A DNA stretch of 64,000 nucleotides. It comes from Kofleriaceae bacterium. GTDB lineage: Bacteria; Myxococcota_A; Polyangia; Haliangiales; Haliangiaceae. The position numbers and the translations under genes are program-made. The stretch spans positions 279,837-343,836 of the forward strand of contig JAWKQX010000006.1 in the NCBI GenBank assembly GCA_041389925.1, written 5' to 3'. Every line of letters starts with the position of its first letter. The stretch's first letter is position 1. The notes below the pieces were generated by a model. The model searched no databases and was not told where the DNA came from. It saw only the letters and a list, made by a program, of their open reading frames with translations. Below, in pieces: positions 21,652-30,657 of the stretch.

Positions 21652-22719
21652 ATGGCGGAGCGGCGGAGGAAAGGCCCTGCGCAGATCGTGACCTCGGGGC
21701 GGCTCCTTGCGCTCCTCGATCGGTTCTACGACATGGACGTCGATGACCTGACGTGGATGCACGGGGTCGCCGAGGCCATCGAGCCGCTGGTGGACTGCGG
21801 GGCGGGGGTGTTCGCGAGCGCCATCCCCTCGGTGCCGGGGTACACGATGAGCGTCGCCAATCGCGGGTATGACGGCGAGGCTGCGTGGGGACGGGTGGGG
21901 GACCTCTTGCCGAGGTCGATCGTCACGCGCCTCGTGCGCCAGATGCCGATCAGCAACGCGGACAAGAGCCCCGCGCCGGACATTCGACGCCTCGGGCCGA
22001 TCGTCCATGGGATCATGGGAGTGCATAGCTGCTCGGGCATCACGGCCTCACGCGCGGATGGGTTCTTCGCGATCAGCATCCCCGCGCCGACGCGCGGGGT
22101 CGTGTTCTGGCCCGAGCACGATCGCCCGCTGTGGGATCGCATCGTGGCGCACCTCAGCGCCGCGTTTCGGCTGCGCCGCGACCGCGACCAGCGGCCGCGG
22201 CTGGTGTTCGACGCGCGGGGGCGCCTCTTGCACGCGGAGCGAGACGTCGTCGCCGATCCCACGCTGCCGACGCTGCGCCAGGCCGCCGGGGCGGTGGCGC
22301 AGGCGCGCAACCGGCGGGGCTCGCCGGCGAAGGTGCTGGCGGCGTGGCGGGCGCTCTACCAGGGCGACTGGTCGATCGTGGAGTCGGTGCAGCGCGACGG
22401 CCGCCGGCTGCTCCTGGCGCGGCCGAACGCGCCGCTGGCGCTCGCCGAGCAAGGCGCGCCGGCGCCGCGTCCGCGGCAGGAGCCTGCGCCGTCGCCGGCT
22501 CGCCCGTCGCTGTCGCCGGCGGAGCGGCGGGTGCTCGAGGCGCTGGCCAGCGGTAGCTCCAACAAGGCGATCGCGTATCAGCTCGGCCTCGCGGACTCCA
22601 CGGTCAGCACGTTGCTGGCGCGGGCGGCGCGCAAGCTCGGCTGTCGCAACCGCATCGAGCTCACCGTGGCAGCGCGCGCGGCGCGAGGGGACGACGCCCC
22701 GCTGGGGCGTGAGCCGTGA
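21652..22719 (+). CDS. LuxR-family transcriptional regulator, paralogue B (tandem duplicate of 20491..21552)
   Basis: Same architecture. N-terminus 'MAERRRKGPAQIVTSGRLL'. The 3' half is near-identical to paralogue A at nucleotide level (e.g. gtgctggcggcgtggcgggcgct...gactggtcgatcgtggagtcggtgcagcgcgacggccgcc). Confidence 0.75.
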   Translation: MAERRRKGPAQIVTSGRLLALLDRFYDMDVDDLTWMHGVAEAIEPLVDCGAGVFASAIPSVPGYTMSVANRGYDGEAAWGRVGDLLPRSIVTRLVRQMPISNADKSPAPDIRRLGPIVHGIMGVHSCSGITASRADGFFAISIPAPTRGVVFWPEHDRPLWDRIVAHLSAAFRLRRDRDQRPRLVFDARGRLLHAERDVVADPTLPTLRQAAGAVAQARNRRGSPAKVLAAWRALYQGDWSIVESVQRDGRRLLLARPNAPLALAEQGAPAPRPRQEPAPSPARPSLSPAERRVLEALASGSSNKAIAYQLGLADSTVSTLLARAARKLGCRNRIELTVAARAARGDDAPLGREP

Positions 22720-23117
22720 GCCGTCCGTCGCGGCGGCCGGTCAGCCCGCGCGGCGGCCCGGCGAAGCGCGCCGGTACCGGACCCGCGCGTCGTCGTGCCG
22801 TCGCCACGCCGCGCGGCGGCGCGTCCGCGCGCTTGGACCAGGAGCCCGTGCTGCCCGCGGGGCTCTCCGTGGAGGCCGTGGAGCTGGCCGGCGAGACGTT
22901 CTTTCTGTTCTCGTTCGAGTCACCCGGGGCCAGCGAGCTCCCGCCGCTCACGGAGGCGGAGCAGCACGTGATCGAGCTCGTGCTGCAGGGCCTCCGTACC
23001 CGGGAGATCGCGACGGTGCGCGGCTCGAGCCACGCGACGGTGTGCTCCCAGCTTCAGTCGATCTACCGCAAGCTCGGCGTCGTGTCGCGCGGCGAGCTGG
23101 TGGCCCTGTTCGCCTGA
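22716..23117 (+). CDS. Small LuxR/GerE-type HTH protein translationally coupled to paralogue B
   Basis: GTG 22716 overlaps TGA 22717-22719. 'LTEAEQHVIELVLQGLRTREIATVRGSSHATVCSQLQSIYRKLGV' is a LuxR HTH. The true start may be further downstream. Confidence 0.6.
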   Translation: MSRPSRRPVSPRGGPAKRAGTGPARRRAVATPRGGASARLDQEPVLPAGLSVEAVELAGETFFLFSFESPGASELPPLTEAEQHVIELVLQGLRTREIATVRGSSHATVCSQLQSIYRKLGVVSRGELVALFA

Positions 23118-23383
23118 GCGTCACGCGCGTGCCGCCGCGAGCGCCGTGGCAGCGGCCCTTGTAGTCGAATTGATGATAGCGAGGCGCCCCTGAATCGTGG
23201 GATTCCTCTTCAGGAAGGTCATCGCGCGTCGAGGGGATGGATGGGGAGCTGTCGTCCGGGCAGGAACGATTCGACGTGGCGTGGCGCTTCAGGGTGGCGG
23301 GGTGGTGAGGATCTTCACACGGCGCCACACAGGCGCCGTGCGCTTGCGGAGCAGTTGGGGGGTGGCGTTGCGCGAGGAAGGGA

Positions 23384-24577
23384 TCAATCGTTGGGGCACA
23401 GCTTCTTGCGATCCGAGAACGACGCGATCCACTCGCGGGTCTGGTCGTCGTCGCGGACCCGCACCTTGAGGCCGTCGAGCATCCACCTCGCGCCGACCTC
23501 CACGCCATCGACGAGCTTGCCGCCGGTCTTGCTCGCCGCGACCTCGGACACCAGGTTGCTCTTCACGCCGAGGATCGCGACGTGGGTCTGGCTGCCGCGG
23601 GTCTCGTACACCGGCTCCGCGCAATATTGCGCTGCGTAGGTCGCGGCCGCGCCGAACGCGTGGTCGAGGGCGTCGGTCACCAGCCGCTCGCCGGCGTTGC
23701 CCAGGAGCACCGCGCTGCCGGGCGCGTAGTGCGACGGCGCGAGGAGCGCGCGCAGCACCGCCTCGGTCTGGGCGCGCGGCCCCTCGCGTAGGGCGCGGTG
23801 GACAAACCGCGCGAGGTCCTCGGCGCTGGCGAACTCCGGGATCGAGACGCTCGGCCGCTGCGCGGCGGCGGCCTTCGCCTCGAGCTCGGCCACCTGCTGC
23901 GCCAGCCGCGGCATCTTGGAGATCTGGTCCGCGGTGTACTTGGTCCGGCCGAGCGGCTCTCGCTTCGCGGGGGACACCAGAAAGCCGGTCCACTTCCCCT
24001 TGAAGTCCTCTCGGTAGAGCCGGACGTCCAGGGTCACCGCGACCGTCTCGAGCTCGGTGTAGCTCGCCACCTGCTCGACCTTGGCGACCATCGCGAACGA
24101 GACCGACTTGGGATCGTGCCAGATCCACTTGGGATCGGCCGCGAGCGTGGGCTCCTCGACGATCTTCACGATCGTGTTCGCGAAGCCCTCGCCGAACTGC
24201 TTGACGCGATCGGTTGCCAGGATCGCCTCGATCTCGGCCGGAGTGGGGTTGGGGATGCCATCGTAGCGGTTCTCGGCGACGCGGAACTTCCAGTAGGTGA
24301 AGCGGCCCCGACTGACGCGCTGATAGACGGCGTCGCCGATGACGCGCAGCTTGATGCCGGGGTACTCGCTCTGGCGGACGATCTCCGCGCGGCGCACGTA
24401 CTCGTAGTTGAGGGTGTCGGTGTTGGCCTGCACCGTGCCTCGGCCGACCAGCTTGATCGAGATCGTGCCCTTGGCGGTCAGGTCCTTCTTGATCTGCCGG
24501 TCGCTGGGCTGGGCCGCGACCGAGGTCGCGGTGGCGGCGACGACGGCGAGGGCGAGGAGCAGGCGGGAGCGCATCAT
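23384..24577 (-). CDS. Hypothetical secreted protein (signal peptide, about 397 aa)
   Basis: 'MMRSRLLLALAVVAATATSVAAQ' signal peptide. Lys-rich, well-balanced composition, unlike the surrounding antisense frames. No catalytic motif recognised. Confidence 0.6.
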   Translation of the reverse strand: MMRSRLLLALAVVAATATSVAAQPSDRQIKKDLTAKGTISIKLVGRGTVQANTDTLNYEYVRRAEIVRQSEYPGIKLRVIGDAVYQRVSRGRFTYWKFRVAENRYDGIPNPTPAEIEAILATDRVKQFGEGFANTIVKIVEEPTLAADPKWIWHDPKSVSFAMVAKVEQVASYTELETVAVTLDVRLYREDFKGKWTGFLVSPAKREPLGRTKYTADQISKMPRLAQQVAELEAKAAAAQRPSVSIPEFASAEDLARFVHRALREGPRAQTEAVLRALLAPSHYAPGSAVLLGNAGERLVTDALDHAFGAAATYAAQYCAEPVYETRGSQTHVAILGVKSNLVSEVAASKTGGKLVDGVEVGARWMLDGLKVRVRDDDQTREWIASFSDRKKLCPND

Positions 24578-24744
24578 GGGAGTCGACCAAAGCAAGCGCC
24601 GGACCGCGCCTTGGCTCAGGCTCCACAGGGACTTGGCCGCCGGCGGCTCCGCGCCGAACCTGCGCTCACGCCGAATCGGCGCGCCCGGGCGGCGTGCGGT
24701 TCGGCGCGCTCCCGCGGCGCAGCGATGACGCGTCGTCGAGGCGC

Positions 24745-25491
24745 CTACCGCCGGGGGGCGCCTGCGCCCAGCTCGCGCGCGGCGAGCGTGGCGCCCACGG
24801 CGCCGATGCCGAGCGCGAGCAGGTTGACGAGGGGGATCATCATCAAACCGGTGACCCCCAGGCCGAGCCCGAGGGTGCGGGCGCGGTGCGCGCGCAGGAA
24901 CGCGAGCTTGTCGCGGTAGGGCCACGCGCGTCGCGCGAGCACCGCGTCGTAGCAGTCGTACGCCGTGGCGACGGCGGTGTACCAGACGCCGACCACGACG
25001 GCGAGCACCGCGCCGAGGCCCGGGATGAAGGAGACCGCGAGGAGGAGCAGCGCGACCGCCAGCGAGGCGAGCAGGCGGCGCAGCGAGTGCACGAGGCCGA
25101 CGAGCGCCTCGCGAAGGAAGGCGCCGAGCCGGAACGGCTCATCGGCGCGGCCGTCGAGCCTGGCCTCCACGGCCTCGGAGAGCAGCTCGCAGAATGGGCC
25201 GGCGAGGGCGCTGGCGAGGGCGGCGAACATCACCCACGCCACCACCACGATCGCGAGCACGATCAGGGCGGTCAACGCCCACCCGGCGAGGCTGTTGAGC
25301 CAGCTCGGCAGGTGCGCGGTGGCGGAGGCGACGAGCCCGGAGGAGATGCGAGCGACGAGCAGGACGAGCGCGACGAGCACCGCGGCGGTCACCGCGGAGG
25401 GAGCGAGCACGAGCGGCCACAGGCCGCGGTGGCGGCCGAGGAAAGAGAGGCCGCCGCGGAGGTCGGTGATCCCTCGGGTGAGGTTGCGCAT
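24745..25491 (-). CDS. EI24/CysZ-family membrane protein
   Basis: 'LAGPFCELLSEAVEARLDG', 'FIPGLGAVLAVVVGVWYTAVATAYDCYD...RRAWPYRDKLAFLR' and 'MIPLVNLL' align with CysZ conserved blocks. ATG 25491 (MRNLTRG). Only the C-terminal 249 aa of the 914-aa ORF are real. Confidence 0.7.
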   Translation of the reverse strand: MRNLTRGITDLRGGLSFLGRHRGLWPLVLAPSAVTAAVLVALVLLVARISSGLVASATAHLPSWLNSLAGWALTALIVLAIVVVAWVMFAALASALAGPFCELLSEAVEARLDGRADEPFRLGAFLREALVGLVHSLRRLLASLAVALLLLAVSFIPGLGAVLAVVVGVWYTAVATAYDCYDAVLARRAWPYRDKLAFLRAHRARTLGLGLGVTGLMMIPLVNLLALGIGAVGATLAARELGAGAPRR

Positions 25492-25722
25492 GGAGGCAGA
25501 GTACCTTGAGCCCAACGAACCAAACGTGATCGTTGGGTGCGTTACATCGGGCCGGTTGGCTCGCCGGATGTCCACCGGCCGGCCGCGCCCGATGGGCCGC
25601 GTCGTGACCGAGATCTCGCGGCGGGGTTTGCTCAAGGGAATCGATCCCTTGCCGATCTCCCGGGAGGTTCCGAGCACTTCCATCGGTCCGGGGCTGTCAG
25701 GGGGGGCCCGTAGGCTGCGCAG

Positions 25723-26931
25723 GTGCAGTGCACTTTGCCGTTCGAAGGCTTCGCCGAGCCGCGCCCTAGCACCCCGCCTGGTGGCGGCACGAGCACAGAG
25801 CCCAAGCGTCGGCGTGGGCGCAGCGCGTCGGGGCCGGTGAAGGCGCCCGCACCCGCGGTCGCGTTGGTCGAGCTGATGGCGCCGGCCTCGCGCGACGATG
25901 CTACGGCCGCGACGACCGGTCCCGCGATCGACGTAGCCGAGGTCGCCCCACCCGACCGCGAGGTCGCGCCACCCGGCCACGAGATCGCGGCGACCGGCGC
26001 TACCGTGGGAGCTCCACGCGCACCGGCGACGGTTGCGTCCGCGGCACACCTCGCACGCCCCGACCTGGACTCGCTGCGTGTGATGGTCTTCGACGTCGAG
26101 ACCACGGGCACCGACCGCCGCAACGATCAGGTCATCGAGCTGGGGATCCAGCTCGGCCTCGGCGGAGCCGCGGAGAGCCGGACCTGGCGCTTCCGCCCCG
26201 AGGTGCCCATTCACCCGGGGGCGCAGGCGGTCCACGGCATCTCGCTCGAGGATCTGGAGGGCTGTCCGGCCTTCGCCGCATGCATCGACGAGATCTCGTC
26301 TCTCTTCGAGGGGGTCGAGGTCATCATCGGCTACAACATCGCCTTCGACATCGACATGCTCAGCGCGGAGTTCGAGCGCCTCGGGCGCAAGCCGCTGGAC
26401 TTCTCGGGCAAGACGATCGTCGACGCGTTTCGCCTGTGGCAGCAGTTCGAGCCGCGCAGCCTGCAGCACGCGCACCAGCGCTTCGTGGGTGATCGCTTCA
26501 CCGAGGCGCACAGCGCGTCCGCCGACGTCGCGGCGACCGGGCGGGTGTTGACCGGCATGCTGCGGGCGTTCGGGCTTGAGCAGCAGGACTGGAGCGCGAT
26601 CGCCGGGCTGTGCGACCCGCAGCGCGCCACGTGGATCGGCCCGACGCGGCACCTGCGCTGGGAGAGCGGCACCGTGGTGCTCGGGTTCGGCAAGCACGCG
26701 GGCGCGCCGCTGCACAAGATCGCGGCGGGGCCCGATCGCAGCTTCCTGCGCTGGGTGCTCGACCGCGACTTCCCGCTCCACGTCGTCGAGGTGTGTCGCG
26801 TCGCGCTCGACTTCGCGGCGCGGGCGCCGGCCGGCGCGGTCGACGCGGCGGCGGAGTCGATCGCCGAGTGGGTGCGCGAGAAGTTCGGCGCGCCGGCGAC
26901 GCCCGGCGCAGCGGCGGCGGCGGTCCACTGA
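25723..26931 (+). CDS. DnaQ-like DEDD 3'-5' exonuclease with ExoX-like C-terminal domain and a low-complexity N-terminal about 120 aa
   Basis: Exo I 'VFDVETTG'. Exo II/III regions ('GYNIAFDIDML', 'HSASADVAAT'). C-terminal 'WESGTVVLGFGKHAGAPLHKI' block. GTG 25723; start uncertain. Confidence 0.7.
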   Translation: MQCTLPFEGFAEPRPSTPPGGGTSTEPKRRRGRSASGPVKAPAPAVALVELMAPASRDDATAATTGPAIDVAEVAPPDREVAPPGHEIAATGATVGAPRAPATVASAAHLARPDLDSLRVMVFDVETTGTDRRNDQVIELGIQLGLGGAAESRTWRFRPEVPIHPGAQAVHGISLEDLEGCPAFAACIDEISSLFEGVEVIIGYNIAFDIDMLSAEFERLGRKPLDFSGKTIVDAFRLWQQFEPRSLQHAHQRFVGDRFTEAHSASADVAATGRVLTGMLRAFGLEQQDWSAIAGLCDPQRATWIGPTRHLRWESGTVVLGFGKHAGAPLHKIAAGPDRSFLRWVLDRDFPLHVVEVCRVALDFAARAPAGAVDAAAESIAEWVREKFGAPATPGAAAAAVH

Positions 26932-26979
26932 GCACGAGGAGGCAGCCTTGAGCGGGTCGAACTCTCCGGAGCGGGCCTG

Positions 26980-27381
26980 ATGGAGGCCTCGGCGCTGCTG
27001 CTCGATGAGCAGCTCGACGGCGCGGGGACGCCGCGGCGCACGGTGCTCCGCGTGGAGGCGGGTGGCGGGGTCGCGGTGGAGCACGACGGCGCGGTCGTCG
27101 GGCGCCTGCCCGCCCTGGCGGTGCGCACGGTGATGGCGCGCTACGGCCGGCCGCTCGACGAGGAGATCGCGCTGGAGGGGCCCGCGCTCGCGCTGGGGGA
27201 GGAGCGCCTCCGCCGGCTGCGCTGGCGGGCCGCGGTGGACGCGCTCGCGCGCGACTACCTGGTGTGGGAGTCGCCGGGCGCGGCGCCGCTGGCCGCGCTG
27301 GGCGTGTCGGTGGCGGCGGCGCTGCGGCACCTCGCGGCGGCCGCCACGCGGGCGGCCGCGACGAGCCGCGAAACGGAGTGA
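26980..27381 (+). CDS. Hypothetical protein (133 aa)
   Basis: ATG 26980. GC3 above 90% with no rare codons. No motif. Confidence 0.45.
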   Translation: MEASALLLDEQLDGAGTPRRTVLRVEAGGGVAVEHDGAVVGRLPALAVRTVMARYGRPLDEEIALEGPALALGEERLRRLRWRAAVDALARDYLVWESPGAAPLAALGVSVAAALRHLAAAATRAAATSRETE

Positions 27382-27422
27382 GGCGGTTGCGGCGGCGGCG
27401 TGGGCGCGCGAAGCTCCCGGCG

Positions 27423-29306
27423 ATGTCGCCGCCAGGATCTGCGCTCGCCTTCGCCCCGCACGCCGCGCCTCGTCGCGGGGCCTGGTCATCCGCCGCGGTG
27501 CTCGTCGCGGCGGCCGCCGCGCTCGGCGTCGCCTGCTCCGGCGCGTCGCCGAACGCGCACGTGCTGGCGCTCGCCGGCGCCATGCCCGCCACGCTCGAGC
27601 CGAGCGTGACCGCGGTGGACGAGCCGCGGATCGCCAAGGTGAGGGTGTGGGCCGACGAGGGCGTGCGCGCGCAGCCGCGCTGGCGCGAGCAGCTCCTCGA
27701 ACAGATCGACACCGCGTCGCAGTACTGGGCGCCGCTCTTGGGGGTCCGCCTCGAGGTCGTGGGCGTCCGCGAGTGGAAGCGCGCGGCCGCGCCGCACGTC
27801 GCGCTCGCCGAGCTGGCGGAGCTCGACCCCGGGGAGGACGTCGCCTGGGTCCTCGGCTACACCGGTGCCGACGGCACGGCGAGCATCGCGATGTCGGAGC
27901 TCGGCAGCGCGAGCCTGCTCCGCAAGCACGTGGTGGTGCACGACTGGTCGCCGGTCCCGGAGGCGTCCAAGCTGGAGAGCCAGCTCAAGGCGCTCAAGCC
28001 CGAGGAGCGCACCGAGGTGCTCGCCGCCCATCGGCGCCACAAGCAGACCGTCGTGCTCCTCTACTACCTGCACCTCTCGGCGGGCGCGATCACCGAGCAG
28101 GATGAGTCCTGGATCGGCAGCCGGGGGTACTCGCCGTCGCTGCGCACCATCTCGGAGCGCAACCGCGAGGTGCTCGCCGTCTCGATCAAGAGCCGGCTCG
28201 ACGAGGAGGCGCTCGGCGCGAGCGCGAGCCGGGTCATCGATGAGATCGAGCGCGCCGAGTCCCCGGGCTGGGTCGCGTCGGAGCGTGACAGCACCGTCGC
28301 GCAGCTGCGCGCGCTGGTGCAGCTCGGCAAGGCGGGCGAGGTCGCCAAGGACGTGCCCACCGCCGCGCTCACGCAGCTCCAGCGCGCGCAGGCGCTGGTC
28401 AAGGCCGGCGACGTCGCGGGCGCGATCGCGGAGCTGGAGCCGCTGCTGGCGGCGTATCCGTCTAGCGCGGCGCTGCACCAGGCGCGCTGCGACGCGCTCC
28501 TGCTCAAGCCGGGCGTCGCCGACGAGGCGACGCAGTCGGCTTGCCAGCGCGTCAGCGAGGTCGCGCCGGCCGAGCCGCAGCCGCACGTGGCGCTGGCGCA
28601 GGCCTGGGAGGCCGCCGGCGAGCGCGCCAAGGCCCGCGCGGAGCTCGAGCAGGCGACCGCCAAGGCGAAGGCGCTGTCCGCCTCGGCCGAGGCGCGCTCC
28701 GCCGAGGCGTTCGAACGCATCCTCGGGCAGTATCGCGCGATGGGCGCGCTGACCTGGACGGAGGACGTCGTGGCAGCGATGCCGCCGCAGGAGGCGCCAC
28801 CGCCGGCGGCGCAGTGGGCCTCAGGCGTGCGCGTCCGCTACGGGGTCCCGCGCGGTGGCACGTTCGTCGCGCCCGAAGAAGAAGGCGAGCTCGTCGCGGA
28901 GCTGCGCGCGAGCCTCGATGAGGTGTACGCCGACAAGTACGCGGACGCGACGCAGCGGCTGGCGCGGTTGGCCAAGCGCTGGCCGAAGGCGCCGGGGATC
29001 CCCGCGGTCCGGTGCGATCTGGCGCTGCGCCGCGAGCAGATCGCCGAGGCGAAGCGGCAGTGCGCGGCCGCGCTCCGCGCCGAGGAGGGGCAGTCGTGGG
29101 CGCAGTATCTTTCCGGCATCCTCGCGCTGCGCGGCACCGACAGCGCGCGGGGTTTGGCCCACCTGCGCAAGGCGATCGAGCTCGATCCCGGCCTCGCGCA
29201 GGCCTGGCGCGCGCTCGGCAAGGCGCTGCAGCGCCGGGGCGACCAGGACGGGCGCGCCAAGCTCGCGGTGGAGTACCAGGCCCGGTTCGGGCAGCCACTG
29301 CCCTGA
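27423..29306 (+). CDS. TPR-repeat lipoprotein
   Basis: Lipobox 'LGVAC'. Multiple Ala-rich helical TPR-like units ('AALHQARCDALLLKPGVADEA...', 'AQAWRALGKALQRRGDQDGRAKLAVEY'). Confidence 0.6.
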   Translation: MSPPGSALAFAPHAAPRRGAWSSAAVLVAAAAALGVACSGASPNAHVLALAGAMPATLEPSVTAVDEPRIAKVRVWADEGVRAQPRWREQLLEQIDTASQYWAPLLGVRLEVVGVREWKRAAAPHVALAELAELDPGEDVAWVLGYTGADGTASIAMSELGSASLLRKHVVVHDWSPVPEASKLESQLKALKPEERTEVLAAHRRHKQTVVLLYYLHLSAGAITEQDESWIGSRGYSPSLRTISERNREVLAVSIKSRLDEEALGASASRVIDEIERAESPGWVASERDSTVAQLRALVQLGKAGEVAKDVPTAALTQLQRAQALVKAGDVAGAIAELEPLLAAYPSSAALHQARCDALLLKPGVADEATQSACQRVSEVAPAEPQPHVALAQAWEAAGERAKARAELEQATAKAKALSASAEARSAEAFERILGQYRAMGALTWTEDVVAAMPPQEAPPPAAQWASGVRVRYGVPRGGTFVAPEEEGELVAELRASLDEVYADKYADATQRLARLAKRWPKAPGIPAVRCDLALRREQIAEAKRQCAAALRAEEGQSWAQYLSGILALRGTDSARGLAHLRKAIELDPGLAQAWRALGKALQRRGDQDGRAKLAVEYQARFGQPLP

Positions 29307-29326
29307 GGCGAGGTCGCGTCCGTCGC

Positions 29327-30538
29327 TCAGGCGACGTCGACGTCGGTGCCGTCGATGCGGAGCTGATCGCCGCGGATGAGCTGCACCGGGACGGCGCCCA
29401 GCGGCTCGCCGCCGAAGCGGACCTCGCGCGCGGTGGTCGCGGCGAGCATCGGCCGGCCGTCGCGGAACGAGACCGACACGCCGAGCTCCGCGGGGGCGAG
29501 CGAGATCGCGACCTGCTCGGGGGCCGCGAGCAGGAGCGCGCCGCGATCGAGGCCTCCCTGGATCTGCAGCCGCAGCACGCGCCCGGCGCCTTCCGGCTCG
29601 TCGGCTTGCACGAAGTCGAAGTGGATGAGGCACTCGTCGCCGAGCCCGAACGCGCCCGCGCCGGTGAGCGGGATGCGCCCGGCCAGCGGCATCCCTCCCA
29701 GGGTCGTGCCGTTGCGCGAGCCGAGGTCGTGCAGCACGTAGCGGAGCGGGTCCGCCGCGACCTCGATCTCGGCGTGCTGGCGCGACACGCCGCCGGAGCG
29801 CAGCGCGAGATCGCAGAGTGGATCGCGTCCGAGCATGACCCGCTTGACCGCGCACACCACCAGCGGCTGTCGCCCGCGCACCAACAGCTCCACGCGCCCG
29901 CCGGTGATGAGCTTGGCCTCCAGCACGTCGAGCAGGCGTCGGTACTCGGCGCTGGTCGCGGCGTGGCTGATGCAGCGCTGGAGCTCCGCGCGCGCTTCGT
30001 CGCGGCGCCCGATCGCCAGGTTCGTCTTGTACTCGGCGAACGCGTCTCGCTCGGCGTGCGCGCGCTGCTGGTCGTCGTCGTCCTTGGCGAGCGCCGCCTC
30101 CATGAGCTCCACCAGCCCGCCGGCGGAGTACAGGTTCGCCGCGCCGAGGTGATCGCCGATGCTGGCCAGCGCCTCGCCGGCGCGCTGGTGCTCGCCGCCG
30201 GTGGACAGCAGCGCCGCGGCCTCGCGGACGCGCTCGTGATCGCGCTGGGTGGCGATGCCCTGCGCCTGCGCCGTGGACAGGAGCACGCTACCCAGCGCGG
30301 CCGCCGGGCGGCGCTGCAGCTCCGGATCATCGCCAGCCCAGCGGAGCGCGTCGCGCAGCGCGGCGATCTCCAGCGCCCGCGACTCGGCGCGCGCGGCGCG
30401 CTGGAGGTGCATCCGCACCGCGGCCTCGCGCTCGCCTGCGAGGCCGAAGGACTCGGCCGCGCGATCGAGATCGCCCGCGGCCTCCGCGGCGACCGCCCGG
30501 CGGTAGTCGGCGGAGAGCAGGCGGCGCAAGAAGCTCAC
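29327..30538 (-). CDS. FHA-domain protein with N-terminal TPR-like helical region
   Basis: 'VMLGRDPLCDLALRSGGVSRQHAEIEV...YVLHDLGSRNGTTLGG' is a canonical FHA core (GR...SRxH...NGT). GTG start at 30538. Confidence 0.8.
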   Translation of the reverse strand: MSFLRRLLSADYRRAVAAEAAGDLDRAAESFGLAGEREAAVRMHLQRAARAESRALEIAALRDALRWAGDDPELQRRPAAALGSVLLSTAQAQGIATQRDHERVREAAALLSTGGEHQRAGEALASIGDHLGAANLYSAGGLVELMEAALAKDDDDQQRAHAERDAFAEYKTNLAIGRRDEARAELQRCISHAATSAEYRRLLDVLEAKLITGGRVELLVRGRQPLVVCAVKRVMLGRDPLCDLALRSGGVSRQHAEIEVAADPLRYVLHDLGSRNGTTLGGMPLAGRIPLTGAGAFGLGDECLIHFDFVQADEPEGAGRVLRLQIQGGLDRGALLLAAPEQVAISLAPAELGVSVSFRDGRPMLAATTAREVRFGGEPLGAVPVQLIRGDQLRIDGTDVDVA

Positions 30539-30657
30539 GCGGCGAGTATAGCCCGGAACTCCACCACCGCCGGCGGCGGGCCGCGGCCTCGTGGGCGCCG
30601 GGCACGTTGCGCGCGTCGCCTCGCGACGGGCCGGGCCGCCATCGGGTACAAAGAGTC

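Noticed and set aside
24745-27489. 914-aa minus-strand ORF
   Set aside because: Only the last 249 codons (24745..25491, CysZ/EI24-like) look genuine. The upstream 665 codons are antisense to the DEDD exonuclease gene and are compositional garbage.
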